Shown in pieces: positions 13,051 through 24,990 of a DNA stretch of 64,000 bases (the stretch's first letter is position 1; every line of letters begins with the position of its first letter). The stretch covers positions 269,527-333,526 of the forward strand of contig NIVC01001484.1 in NCBI GenBank assembly GCA_002269645.1. The letters are read 5' to 3'. The notes under the pieces were generated by a model. It searched no databases, was not told where the DNA came from, and was given only the letters and a program-made list of their open reading frames with translations. The position numbers were made by a program, and so were the translations under genes. This DNA is from Macrostomum lignano. Its lineage: Eukaryota.

Positions 13051-16000
13051 ATGTCAAGCCAGCTTGATAAAAGTTCAGTTGCATTGGTTGCCAAGTGCAA
13101 ACCTGGATTATGGAGCAGGTAAATAAATTATAAATTATTTTTTTCAAATTAGTTTTAATTGTCGTGTATTGCTCTTAGGTTAGAAGTAAGATGTCCTTTG
13201 ATTCTCAGACTGGGCTATCATCATCCTCTTAAATCCTCAGCTGCTTTGCAAACCTCCCATATCCTCAGTTGCTATGCCAGCCTCCCAGATCCTCAGTTGC
13301 TGTGCCAGCCTCCCAAATCCTCAGTTGCTGGGCCAGCCTCCCAGAGTGTCAGTTGCTGGGCCAGCCTCCCAGATCCTCAGTTGCTGGGCCAGCCTCCCAG
13401 ATTATCAGTTGCTGGGCCAGCCTCCCAGATCCTCAGTTGCTGGGCCAGCCTCCCAGAGTGTCAGTTGCTGGGCCAGCCTCCCAAATCCTCAGTTGCTGGG
13501 CCAGCCTCCCAGAGTGTCAGTTGCTGGGCCAGCCTCCCAGATCCTCAGTTGCTGGGCCAGCCTCCCAGATCCCCAGTTGCTGGGCCAGCCTCCCAGAGTG
13601 TCAGTTGCTGGGCCAGCCTCCCAGATCCTCAGTTGCTGGGCCAGCCTCCCAGATCCTCAGTTGCTGGGCCAGCCTCCCAGATCCTCAGTTGCTTGGCCAG
13701 CCTCCCAGATCATCAGTTGCTGGGCCAGCCTCCCAGATCCTCAGTTGCTGAGCCAACCTCCCAGATCTTCAGTTGCTGGGCCAGCCTCCCAGATCCTCAG
13801 TTGCTGAGCCAACCTCCCAGATCCTCAGTTGCTGGCCCAGCCTCCCAGATCCTCAGTTGCTGGGCCAGCCTCCCAGATCCTCAGTTGCTGGGCCAGCCTC
13901 CCAGAGTGTCAGTTGCTGGGCCAGCCTCCCAAATCCTCAGTTGCTGGGCCAGCCTCCCAGAGTGTCAGTTGCTGGGCCAGCCTCCCAGATCCTCAGTTGC
14001 TGGGCCAGCCTCCCAGATCCCCAGTTGCTGGGCCAGCCTCCCAGAGTGTCAGTTGCTGGGCCAGCCTCCCAGATCCTCAGTTGCTGGGCCAGCCTCCCAG
14101 ATCCTCAGTTGCTGGGCCAGCCTCCCAGATCCTCAGTTGCTTGGCCAGCCTCCCAGATCATCAGTTGCTGGGCCAGCCTCCCAGATCCTCAGTTGCTGAG
14201 CCAACCTCCCAGATCTTCAGTTGCTGGGCCAGCCTCCCAGATCCTCAGTTGCTGAGCCAACCTCCCAGATCCTCAGTTGCTGGCCCAGCCTCCCAGATCC
14301 TCAGTTGCTGGGCCAGCCTCCCAGATCCTCAGTTGCTGGGCCATCGCCGATCTTCAAGTTTAGTTACTTATTTTTTCACATGTATTTTATAATTTTTACG
14401 AGGAAACGGCAGGAGCAAGAGTAACTATACCTTAGTGTTGAGTGAAAAAATGCTTCGTCATCTGATTAGTAGTGCTTCCATAATTCCATACTTATTTTCA
14501 CCCTCAGACAGGAACGCAAGCAGTGGATGGGGTCCCTGCTGATTGGGTCGGCCTGCCTGTACCTGAGTCGCACCATCATGCCGCTGTGCAACGTGCCAAT
14601 TAGCACCGAGCTCAACTGGAGCAAAAGTACATCCGGTATGGTTCTTGGTGCATTCTTCTGGGGCTACACCTGTACTCAGTTTCTAGGCGGCTATTTAGCT
14701 GATCGAGTCGGCGGCGAGTTCGTTGTTACCATGGCAGCATTTGGCTGGGCCGCTGTCACCATGGTACATCCACTGTTGCCATGGCTATCGGATGATCCAA
14801 GCGTTCTACTGTCGGCTTTCCTATTGTGCCGCGTGCTCACTGGCGCCTGCCAGGGCTTTCACTATCCCGGCATGAGCAGCCTCATGGCTCATCGGGTGCA
14901 GCTCAAAGAGCGAGCCTACACCTGGAGCGTCGGCAGCTGTGGAGCGCATGTTGGGTGAGCTGCGTAAATATCAAGATATGTCACTTGTAATTAAAATTTT
15001 GAAAAAAGCAGAGCGTCTACTCTTTTTTCCAGTAGTTTGTCTGCGCAGTGTAACTAAAATTTACATCTGAAATTTTCTTTCCATTCTCCGGGTTTGCGGC
15101 CTCAGGAGTATACTCGTATTGGGGTTAAGAATGAACTACAAGCATTCAACTCGATGTGTTAAAAACTTTAACATGGTGTATGAGTATATCAGTCATTGTA
15201 GTGACACCTCAGTCATTAGAGTCATTAAAGTGACACCTTAGTCATTAGAGTAGTGAAACCTCAGTCATTAGAGTAGTGACACCTCAGTCATTAGAGTAGT
15301 GACATCTCAGTCATTAGACTGACACCTTAGTCATTAGACTGACACATTAGTCATTAGAGTGACACCTCAGTCATTAGAGTGACACCTCAGTCATTAAAGT
15401 GACACCTCAGTCATTAGAGTGACACCTCAGTCGTTAGAGTAAAAGACTGACCCTTAGTCTTTAGAGTAGTGACACCTCAGTCATTAGAGTAGTGACACCT
15501 CAGTCATTAGAGTAGTGACACCTCAGTCATTAGAGTAGTGACACCTCAGTCATTAGAGTAGTGACACCTCAGTCATTAGAGTAGTGACACCTCAGTCATT
15601 AGAGTAGTGACACCTCAGTCAGTAGAGTAGTGACACCTCAGTCATTAGAGTAGTGACACCTCAGTCATTAGAGTAGTGATATCTCAGTCATTAGAGTGAC
15701 AACTCAGTCATTAGAGTGACACCTCAGTCATTAGAGTGACACCTCAGTCATTAAAGTGACACCTCAGTCATTAGAGTAAAAGACTGACCCCTTAGTCTTT
15801 AGAGTAGTGAAACCTCAGTCATTAGAGTAGTGACACCTCAGTCATTAGAGTAGTGACACCTCAGTCATTAGAGTAGTGACACCTCAGTCATTAGAGTAGT
15901 GACACCTCAGTCATTAGAGTAGTGGCACCTCAGTCAGTAGAGTAGTGACACCTCAGTCATTAGAGTAGTGACACCTCAGTCATTAGAGTAGTGATATCTC

Positions 16001-18003
16001 AGTCATTAGAGTAGTGACACCTCAGTCAGTAGAGTAGTGACACCTCAGTCATTAGAGTAGTGATATCTCAGTCATTAGAGTGACACCTCAGTCATTAGAG
16101 TAAAAGACTGACCCCTAAGTCATTAGAGTAGTGACACCTCAGTCATTAGAGTAGTGACACCTCAGTCAGTAGAGTAGTGACACCTCAGTCATTAGAGTAG
16201 TGATATCTCAGTCATTAGAGTGACACCTCAGTCATTAGAGTAAAAGACTGACCCCTTAGTCTTTAGAGTAGTGACACCTCAGTCATTAGAGTAGTGACAC
16301 CTCAGTCATTAGAGTAGTGACACCTCAGTCATTAGAGTAGTGACACCTCAGTCATTAGAGTAGTGACACCTCAGTCATTAGAGTAGTGACACCTCAGTCA
16401 TTAGAGTAGTGACACCTCAGTCATTAGAGTAGTGACACCTCAGTCATTAGAGTAGTGACACCTCAGTCATTAGAGTAGTGATATCTCAGTCATTAGACTG
16501 ACCCCTTAGTCATTAGAGTGACACTTTAGTCATTAGAGTAACACCTCAGTCATTAGAGTGTCACCTCAGTAATTAGCATCAACCCTGCACCTGCCGCACT
16601 GCTCAGCACGCTACTCTGCGGCAGCGTTGGCTCTCTCATAGTCGGCAGCTACGGATGGCGCGCCGCCTTCATAGTGATTGGTCTGTGCGGCCTCACCTGG
16701 GCGTTTGTTGTCAGATCTACTCTGCTCCGGCGTCGGCAGAGGGTGATCGACTACGCCGTCACCGCCGATCAGCCTGTCGGATCTTCGACCTCGGGCGGTC
16801 AGCAGGCTGCTGTCGCCTCCCCAATTGATCAGCACCAGCTGCTTCTAGAAGACACTATGCAGCAGAAAGAGAGAGAAGCTGACAAGTTAGCTAGAAAGTT
16901 GAGCACCGAGTCGAAAGCAGTTGCCGCTGCCGCCGCTGGCGAGCGCGAAGGTGTGCCCTGGGGCGCCGTGGTCAGGTCGCCAGCGTTCTGGTGAGTAAAC
17001 TGAAAGCATTTGTCAGTGTCAATCGAGGAGTTTCATGCCCTCAAAAGCAGTTTCATGACCTTCCAAGCAGTTCCATGACCTTCCAAGCAGTTTCATAACC
17101 CCAAAAGCAGTTTCATAACCCCACAAGCAGTTTCATAACCCCACAAGCAGTTTCATAACCCCACAAGCAGTTTCATAACCCCACAAGTAGTTTCATAACC
17201 CCACAAGCAGTTTCATAACCCCACAAGCAGTTTCATAACCTCACAAGTAAATTCAAGACCTCAAAAGCAGTTTAATGACCTCACAAGTGGTTTAATGACC
17301 TCACAAGTGGTTTCATGACCTCACAAGCAATTTTATGACCTCAGCAAGTTGTTTTTAAAGAATCTTAACAAATTTTTGCCTAATGTAAAACTTAATTGAA
17401 TGCTCACAAAATGCCACCCCACCCCCGCATCGCAGGGCTATGATCGTTGGTCACTTCGCCCACGCCAATTCGTTCTTTATCCTGCTCAGCTGGATTCCCA
17501 CCTATTTTCACGACAACTTCCCCGACGCCCGAGCCTGGGTATTCAACGTCGTACCCTGGATGGTGACCATTCCCGCGTCGCTGGGGTCCGGACTGCTGGC
17601 GGATTGGTTGCTAAGGAAACGATTGAGCGTCACCACTGTTCGCAAGCTGCTGGAAGGCACCAGCCTGTTGCTAACCGCCCTGTTCCTCTACCTGCTGTGC
17701 CACACCCACTCCTACGCCCAGTCTCTGGCCTGCATGGCGTTGGCAATTTGCGCCTGCGGCTTTCACAATTCCGGAATTCTGGTGAATCCGCACGACCTCC
17801 TGCCGGCGCACGGCGGCGCCCTGTTCGGCGTTATGAACATCTTCGGCGCCGTGCCAGGCTTTGTAGGCGTCTACATGGTCGGGCACATCCTGGAGACCAC
17901 TAAGAGCTGGCCGGCTGTGTTTCTCAACACGGCCGCAATCTGCGTTGTTGGCGCCGTTGTTTATCTGGCGTTCGGCTCGGGCAAACGGATTCGGTTGCGG
18001 TAG
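13051..18003 (+). CDS. SLC17A9: SLC17A9 / vesicular nucleotide transporter (MFS); 4 exons, ~488 aa
   Basis: Exons 13051-13118 (MSSQLDK...GLWSR), 14508-14954, 16607-16990, 17436-18003, all phase-2 GT-AG junctions. Motifs WSR/QERKQW, GMVLGAFFWGY..TQFLGGYLADRVGGE, QGFHYPG, YGW, SWIPTYFHDNFP, FHNSGILVNPHDL.P.HGGALFGVMN match SLC17A9. Confidence 0.93.
13245..14342. repeat. 28-bp minisatellite (GTTGCTGGGCCAGCCTCCCAGATCCTCA)n in SLC17A9 intron 1
   Basis: Read directly. It generates the spurious 13159-14424 ORFs. Confidence 0.98.
15190..16570. repeat. 20/23-bp minisatellite (GTAGTGACACCTCAGTCATTAGA)n in SLC17A9 intron 2
   Basis: Read directly. Confidence 0.98.
17033..17345. repeat. 20-bp minisatellite (GCAGTTTCATAACCCCACAA)n in SLC17A9 intron 3
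   Basis: Read directly. Confidence 0.95.
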
Positions 18004-19499
18004 CGAAGCTTGGACTCCGCGCGCGTGTATTTTCTCTTTCATGTTTTAGTATTATGGACTAGCAGTTTTGGCCCCCCACTGGGGCCTGACCCGGCTTTGT
18101 GGATGGAAGCAAGTAGGACGGGAAACTCCGATAGTTTTTTATTATGCTCGTCTTTCGTTAGTTTGCCTTCGTCAGTTAGTCATAGCCACACGCTGTCCTC
18201 CCCCACCACCCTTACCGACCGTTTCTTTTATGGCGACATTTTTAAAGCTTATGTGAAATTTTACGATTCAAATCTTTATTCGTCTACTTTCTTCAGTAGT
18301 CTAAAATGAAATTCTCACAATTTTTTACAGCTGTCCTAAGACAGAATTTCCTAAAGACAAAAAGCCTTTACTCATTTAACGTTCTAATTTATCAGTAGAT
18401 AAAGACACGGCAAATGGAGGAACCTTTGTTGTCAATTCAAGAATTTTATTGGCTTCGGACATTGTGCACGAAGTCTACAAAATTTATTTGAGCAATTGAG
18501 GATTTTGGGTTCCCCAGCCCTCTAGTATTTTCTAAGAAACTATGTTTCCCGTCCTACTCAGAAGATGCATGATCTTGTATAAAGGGATTTCTAACTGTAA
18601 TCCAAATAGATTAATTATAATATTTAAGCCAGCCCAGTTTTTATGTTTGCACTTATTTTATTCGCTATTTAGCTGATAGATTGCTAAATGATTCATTTCA
18701 CTCCGGGTAGATAATGTAATCGTGTTTTATCATCTCTTATCTCTCTCCGTTCGGTACTTTCTTTGATTTACGGTGATTGGAACTGTCTATTTTGAAGTGC
18801 AATGCAGTCTACCCTGTGGTTTATTCCACAATAAATAATGCTTTGTAATTCTATGCTGCAAAGCGAACGACAGAAAGAATTGCTTAATTTCAAATGTCGA
18901 ATATTTTCGTGATTTTGTTATTATTGTTCCTCACCAGTTTTGAATGCTGAATTTTTCTTAAAATTTATTTATGTGAGTTCAACCCGAATCAGGAAATATT
19001 CTGAATCTGAATCCAGCGCCATTCAGACTAAAATATAAATGTTACTCATACCATCCGAGCTACTGACAGTAGCCACACGAGATCAAGTTCTTAACTAAAG
19101 CAGTTAAGGCATTAAACTTAAAAGTTTTAAAACTCTTTGCTGTTTCAAGCAATGTCAAAGATACAGGCATTTCATGTTTGTTAAATTTGTTTTAACTGCT
19201 CAATACTCATTCAGTGGTGAATATTAATTTCAGTATATTTTGTTTACTAGCATCGGCATGAGCTCACAATGAAATAACACGCACGGAAATAGGTAAACGG
19301 TACCAAAATAGTAAAAGCACAATCGGATACTTGCAATAACAAAACTCGATGGTATTCAGAACTTGAGATGTTTGACTGAATTGTTTACGCCCAAGTAAGC
19401 GAGAGTTTTAGACAACCTTCTCAAACTGCCCTGGACTGTTCTTAATCCACGTCCGAGATACTCTTACTCTTTTCAACTGGCCGAACCAGCCTTACAACC

Positions 19500-19990
19500 C
19501 TTAAACCGAAATACCTTTTAACTGTCCGAAACACCTTTTAACTGTCCGAGACAACCCTTAAACTGTCAGAGACAGCCCTTTAACTGTCCGAAACACCTTT
19601 AAACTGCCTGAAACACCCTTAAACTGTCAGAGACAACCCTTTAACTGTCCGAAACACCTTTTAACTGCCCGAAACACCCTAAACTGTCAGAGACAACCCT
19701 TTAACTGTCCAAAACACCTTCAAACTGTCCGAAACACCTTTTAACTGCCCGAAACACCCTTAAACTGTCAGAGACAACCCTTAAACTGTCAGAGACAACC
19801 CTTTAACTGTCCGAGACAACCCTTTAACTGTCCAAAACACTTTTAAACTGTCAGAGACAACCCTTTAACTGTCCGAGAAAACCCTTTAAACTGTCCGAAA
19901 CACATTTAAACTGCCCGAAACACCTTTAAACTGTCAGAGACAAGCCTCAAAGCTGTTGGAAACACCCTTAAACTGTCCGAGATCTGAGAC
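19500..19990. repeat. ~20-21-bp minisatellite (TTAAACTGTCCGAAACACCC)n downstream of DAP3
   Basis: Read directly. Confidence 0.93.
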
Positions 19991-20065
19991 ACAAACTGCC
20001 TGAACCAACTCGTTCAAATGTCCGAGATCCCCAACCAGTCCCAGAACCCTTTAGCCGTCAGCAGG

Positions 20066-22770
20066 TCACCACTCGCCAGCAATGCGCAAAAGTTCGCCAG
20101 CATTGCCATCGGACAGGAATGCCAGTTCAGCCCGCCCAGCATCCGTGGCAGCTGCTTCGCTGGTTAGCCAGCCGGACTCCGTGTACCAGTTGAGCATATT
20201 GCTCATCTCGGCCGGTCCGTACGGCTCCACGTACACGGGCACGAATGGGTCCAGATAGGCGAAGCCTTCATCTCCCAGCAGCTTGCGCGGCATCCATTCG
20301 CGCAGTCTGTCAAACAGGGCGCCCTGCGGCGACACGGACATCACGGCGGCTCCGTTGTTCCAGTCCGAGTCCAGCAGCTGCTTGAATGCGTCCAGCAGGG
20401 TGAGCTGCTTGGCTGTGATGTCCGCCCGCCATGGCGGCTCCTCGCCTTGTCTGCAGGTGCGGGACGGTGGGAAATACATGCAGTTGCTACCTTTACCGCT
20501 CACGGCTCACCCGTAATACCCTCTCTGTTCACCCATAATACCCTCCGCTCACCCATTAATACCCTCTCCACTCACCCATAATACCCTCTCCATCTCCACT
20601 CAGCCATAATACCCTCTCCATCTACACTCACCCATATTACCCTCTCCGCTCACACCCTCTATTCACCCATAATACCCCTGCTCACCCATAATACCCTCTT
20701 CACTCACCCATAATCCCCTCCGCTCATCTATAACCTTCTCCGCTCACCCATAATCCTCTCTGCTCATCCATAATACCCTCCGCTCATCCATAATCCCCTC
20801 CGCTCACCCATAATCCCCTCCGCTCATCCATAATTCCCTCCACTCACCCATAATCCCCTCCGCTCATCCATAATTCCCTCCGCTCACCCATAATCCCCTC
20901 CGCTCATCCATAATTCCCTCCGCTCACCCATAATCCCCTCCGCTCATCCATAATCCCCTCCGCTCACCCATAATCCCCTCCGCTCATCTATAATCCCCTC
21001 CGCTCATACATAATCCCCTCCGCTCATACATAATCCTCTCCGCTCACCCATAATACCCTCCGCTTATCCATAATACCCTCCGCTCACCCATAATCTACTC
21101 TGCTCACCCACAAGACAGGGACTGCCAGGGCAGCTGTACACTCTACATGAGCGTGTGCATGCCTGCTCAGGGGTCAGGTTGACAACGCCCTCCAGAGAGC
21201 TAACTAACAGAATCTAGTTCAACCCAGGCAAACTTATAAGCAGCTCAACTCACAGCGGAGTCCGTCGAATAGCGTCATTCTTAATACCGGACCGGTGCCA
21301 CCAGAGGCAGTTGGCCACCTCGAAGCACACCAGAGTAGGCATAGGCAAGCTGCCCAGCTTGATCTCGTCAATCAGAAACTGCACAGCCGCGCAGCTGTAC
21401 CTTGGCCTGGCCAGAGCGTAGTCGATAACCTCCTTCCAGCTGGAGCCGGCAGGCGTGGACTCCTTAGCGTTCCAGCTCAGCTCTTTGGTGACTCGAAGGC
21501 CGGGCAATATTTCCTGATTCATTGCGTAGAAATGACGCAACCAAATGCAGCCGTAGCCAGCCGTGTCGAACATGCCAGGCCTGTGGGCGCTCTCGTGCAG
21601 TTCGCGACTGTGGCGCATCCACAGGTGCGCATTGTGCACGGTGACTAGCAGCCAGCCCCGCCTGCGGCAAGCAGAGGCCACGTGACCCATCTTGAGTAGG
21701 GGGCAATTTTTTGAAAGCGGTGTTTAGTTTCCATGGTGATATTACTGAAGCGTCACACGTGCACTTTTGAGTGAGGGTTTCAGAGGACATTTTGTACTTT
21801 TATGTGGGACTTGAAAATCTGAATCGTCGTCCAAGGAATTGATTATGAACAGCGATTGAAATGACAATTAACTATCAAGGACTACCATTAGAGACTCATA
21901 GGAGATTGGCAAGGACAACCATGAGGGACTCGTATGTGATTGTCAAGGACTACCATGAGATCCTCATTGGAGATTGTCAAGGACAGGACTACCATGAGAT
22001 ACTCATTGGAGATTGTCAAGGACTACCATGAGATCCTCATTGGAGATTGCCAAGGACTACCATGAGATCCTCATTGGAGATTGCCAAGGACTACCATGAG
22101 ATCCTCATTGGAGATTGCCAAGGACTACCATGAGATCCTCATTGGAGATTGCCAAGGACTACCATGAGATCCTCATTGGAGATTGCCAAGGACTACCATG
22201 AGATCCTCATTGGAGATTGTCAAGGACTACCATGAGGGACTCGTATGTGATTGTCAAGGACTACCATGAGGGACTCGTATGTGATTGTCAAGGACTACCA
22301 TGAGATCCTCATTGGAGATTGTCAAGGACAATTTAAGATAGCCAATGCGCTGAGTTTCCAGCTGCCCACCTGCAACGACTTGCCGCTGCCCCGTCGGCCG
22401 TAGAGCACAAACCGAAGGCAGGGCCGCCCGTCGCCAGCGTGTTCGGCCAGCCGCTCGCCAATCTCCAACGCCGGGCGTCGAACCATCAGCGCTCGCTGGC
22501 CGAGCGTGTCGAACAGGCGCACCAGCTCGGGCCGGCAGAAATGCCTGGTGACGGCCTGCCAGTCGGCCTCCTCCGGTCTGTACAGCAGGCCAACGTGTCG
22601 ATCTAGCGAGTGCCGGTCAGGCGCAGATTCGTCTGTCAGTAGCGCGGCGCTGGCGCCTCCGCGCCGATTGACGCACGCGCCAAAAGGCGAAAGCTGGCGC
22701 CGCCGAAGCAGCCAGTTAGCAATGGAGCGGGACAGCAGCAGAAAGGGGAAATGGGATTGATCATGTGATT
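20066..22770 (-). CDS. DAP3: DAP3 / mitochondrial ribosomal protein mS29 (5' end uncertain)
   Basis: Exons ~22770-22370, 21690-21254, 20450-20066, phase-compatible. LMVRRPALE, P-loop YGRRGSGKS, HNAHLW, LLGDEGFAYLDPFVP and GRAELAFLS match DAP3. A possible first micro-exon 23783-23768 (MWGSA) lies upstream. Confidence 0.92.
20510..21110. repeat. 20-bp minisatellite (CTCACCCATAATCCCCTCCG)n in a DAP3 intron
   Basis: Read directly. Confidence 0.96.
21880..22330. repeat. 34-bp minisatellite (CAAGGACTACCATGAGATCCTCATTGGAGATTGC)n in a DAP3 intron
   Basis: Read directly. Confidence 0.96.
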
Positions 22771-22894
22771 CTGAACCGGTCTGGGGAAAATAGACTCGTC
22801 TTATTAGTACATTGCTTGTCCACCAATTAGACTCGGGCGATGCTGATCTACCAAGATTAGACCTTAAGGGGATGCAGACCTACCTGATTTAATC

Positions 22895-23545
22895 CCAAAG
22901 CTACCCAATCAGAATCCCTTAACCTACCCAATTAGAATCCCTTAACCTACCCAATTAGAATCCCTTAACCTACCCAATTAGAATCCCTTAACCTACCCAA
23001 TTAGAATCCCCAACCTACCCAATTAGAATCCCTTAACCTACCTATTTAGAATCCTTCAATCTACCCAATTAGAATCCGCAACCCACCCAATTAGAATCCC
23101 CAACCTACCCAAATTAAAATCCCCAACCTACCCAATTAGAATCCCAAAGCTACCCAATTAGAATCCCCAACCTACCCAATTAGAATCCCCAACCTACCCT
23201 ATTAGAATCCCCAACCTACCCAAATTAAAATCCCCAACCTACCCAATTAGAATCCCAAAGCTACCCAATTAGAATCCCCAACCTACCCAATTAGAATCCC
23301 CAACCTACCCTATTAGAATCCCCAACCTACCCAATTAGAATGCCCAACCTACCCGATCAGAATCCCCAAGCTACCCGATTAGAATCCTCCAACCTACCCA
23401 ATAAGAATCCCAAAGCTACCCAATCAGAATCTCCAACCTAACCAATTAGAATCCCCAACCTACCCAACTAGAATCCCCAACCTACCCTATTAGAATCCCC
23501 AACCTACCCGATCAGAATCCCCAAGCTACCCGATTAGAATCTGCA
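22895..23545. repeat. 22-bp minisatellite (CCTACCCAATTAGAATCCCCAA)n
   Basis: Read directly. Confidence 0.96.
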
Positions 23546-24274
23546 AGCATAAAAGAGGCATAGAAAAGAATTATAATATGAACAATAAATAAACGCCAAC
23601 TAAAATCCACGTTTATATAAAATTCCAAACTGCAGTTACAAACTCGAAATTTCTGTTGCGCCAAGTTAAAGCCAACAAAACAATTTAAACAAGTTTTTTT
23701 TGCAGACCAGGGTATCAAGTTGAATTTAAACACAGCAAACTTCAGTCTGCTTGCACCAATTATTTACCTGCAGAACCCCACATTGGAACTCTAAGGTCGG
23801 AAATTTATATTATTTTTACAAACGCAAATATTTTTATTAATCTCAGCAACTGTTTAACAATTCCCCCTTATCCCAATAAAAAGTTACAAACAATAAAAAT
23901 TGAACACAATCGGAACAATTATATATAATATTGTTAGGATGGACAGTAATGAAACAAAGTATAAATAAGCTTCTCAGCGAATGGCAAATGAAGGAGCTAG
24001 CATTGGCTAGAATGTCTCAATAGTAGCATGCGAGTAGCATTTAGCACAAAAAACGCTACAATACTTTGTACAACTTTTAATCAAATTCTCACTGACTTAA
24101 CTTGTGCGCGGAGAACAGGCAAGGTTGTATAATGCAAAATTATTCTTGCAGCGATATACAACAGTTGAACACTTAATGGACGCCAGAAAGTAATTTAAAC
24201 TATGCTTATTGAGCTACTCATCCCATAGCGATCCCATAGCGATATATATATATTAGGATTACTACAATAATAGT

Positions 24275-24880
24275 TGATGCTATGGGATCAGGATTGATGC
24301 TTTGGGATCAGGATTGATGCTTTGGGATCAGGATTGATGCTTTGGGATCAGGATTGATGCTTTGGGATCAGGATCGATGCTATGGGATCAGGATTGATGC
24401 TTTGGGATCAGGATCGATGCTATGGGATCAGGATTGATGCTTTGGGATCAGGATTGATGCTATGGGATCAGGATTGATGCTATGGGATTAGGATTGATGC
24501 TATGGGATCAGGATCGATGCTATGGGATTAGGATTGATGCTATGGGATCAGATCGATGCCATGGGATCAGGATTGATGCTATGGGATCAGGATTAATGCT
24601 ATGGGATCAGGATTGATGCTATGGGATCAGGATCGATGCCATGGGATTAGGATTGATGCTATGGGATCAGGATCGATGCTATGGGATCAGGATTGATGCT
24701 ATGGGATCAGAATTTATTCTTCTTTGGGATCAGCATTGATGCTTTGGGATCAGCATTGATTCTGTGGGAACAGCATTGATTCTGTGAGATCAGTATTGAT
24801 TCTGTGGGATCAGTATTGATTCTGTGGGATCAGTATTGATTCTGTGGGATCAAGATTGATGGTATGGGATCAAAATTGAG
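24275..24880. repeat. 20-bp minisatellite (GATGCTATGGGATCAGGATT)n
   Basis: Read directly. Confidence 0.96.
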
Positions 24881-24990
24881 CGAGTCTATTGGATCCAGAT
24901 TTAATTACTTAAACAGTATGTACCCTAAATGAATCCTATATAATTAAAAGTACGTGTTGCACCAGCATTCGAAAACTTGGGAAAACTGTT

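Noticed and set aside
13159-14424. Long Pro/Gln/Ser-rich ORFs (up to 346 aa)
   Set aside because: Translation of the 28-bp repeat inside SLC17A9 intron 1.
15190-16570. Repeat arrays superficially resembling CRISPR (also 13245-14342, 51140-51480 and others)
   Set aside because: Head-to-tail units with no unique spacers, no cas genes, and a eukaryotic intronic context.
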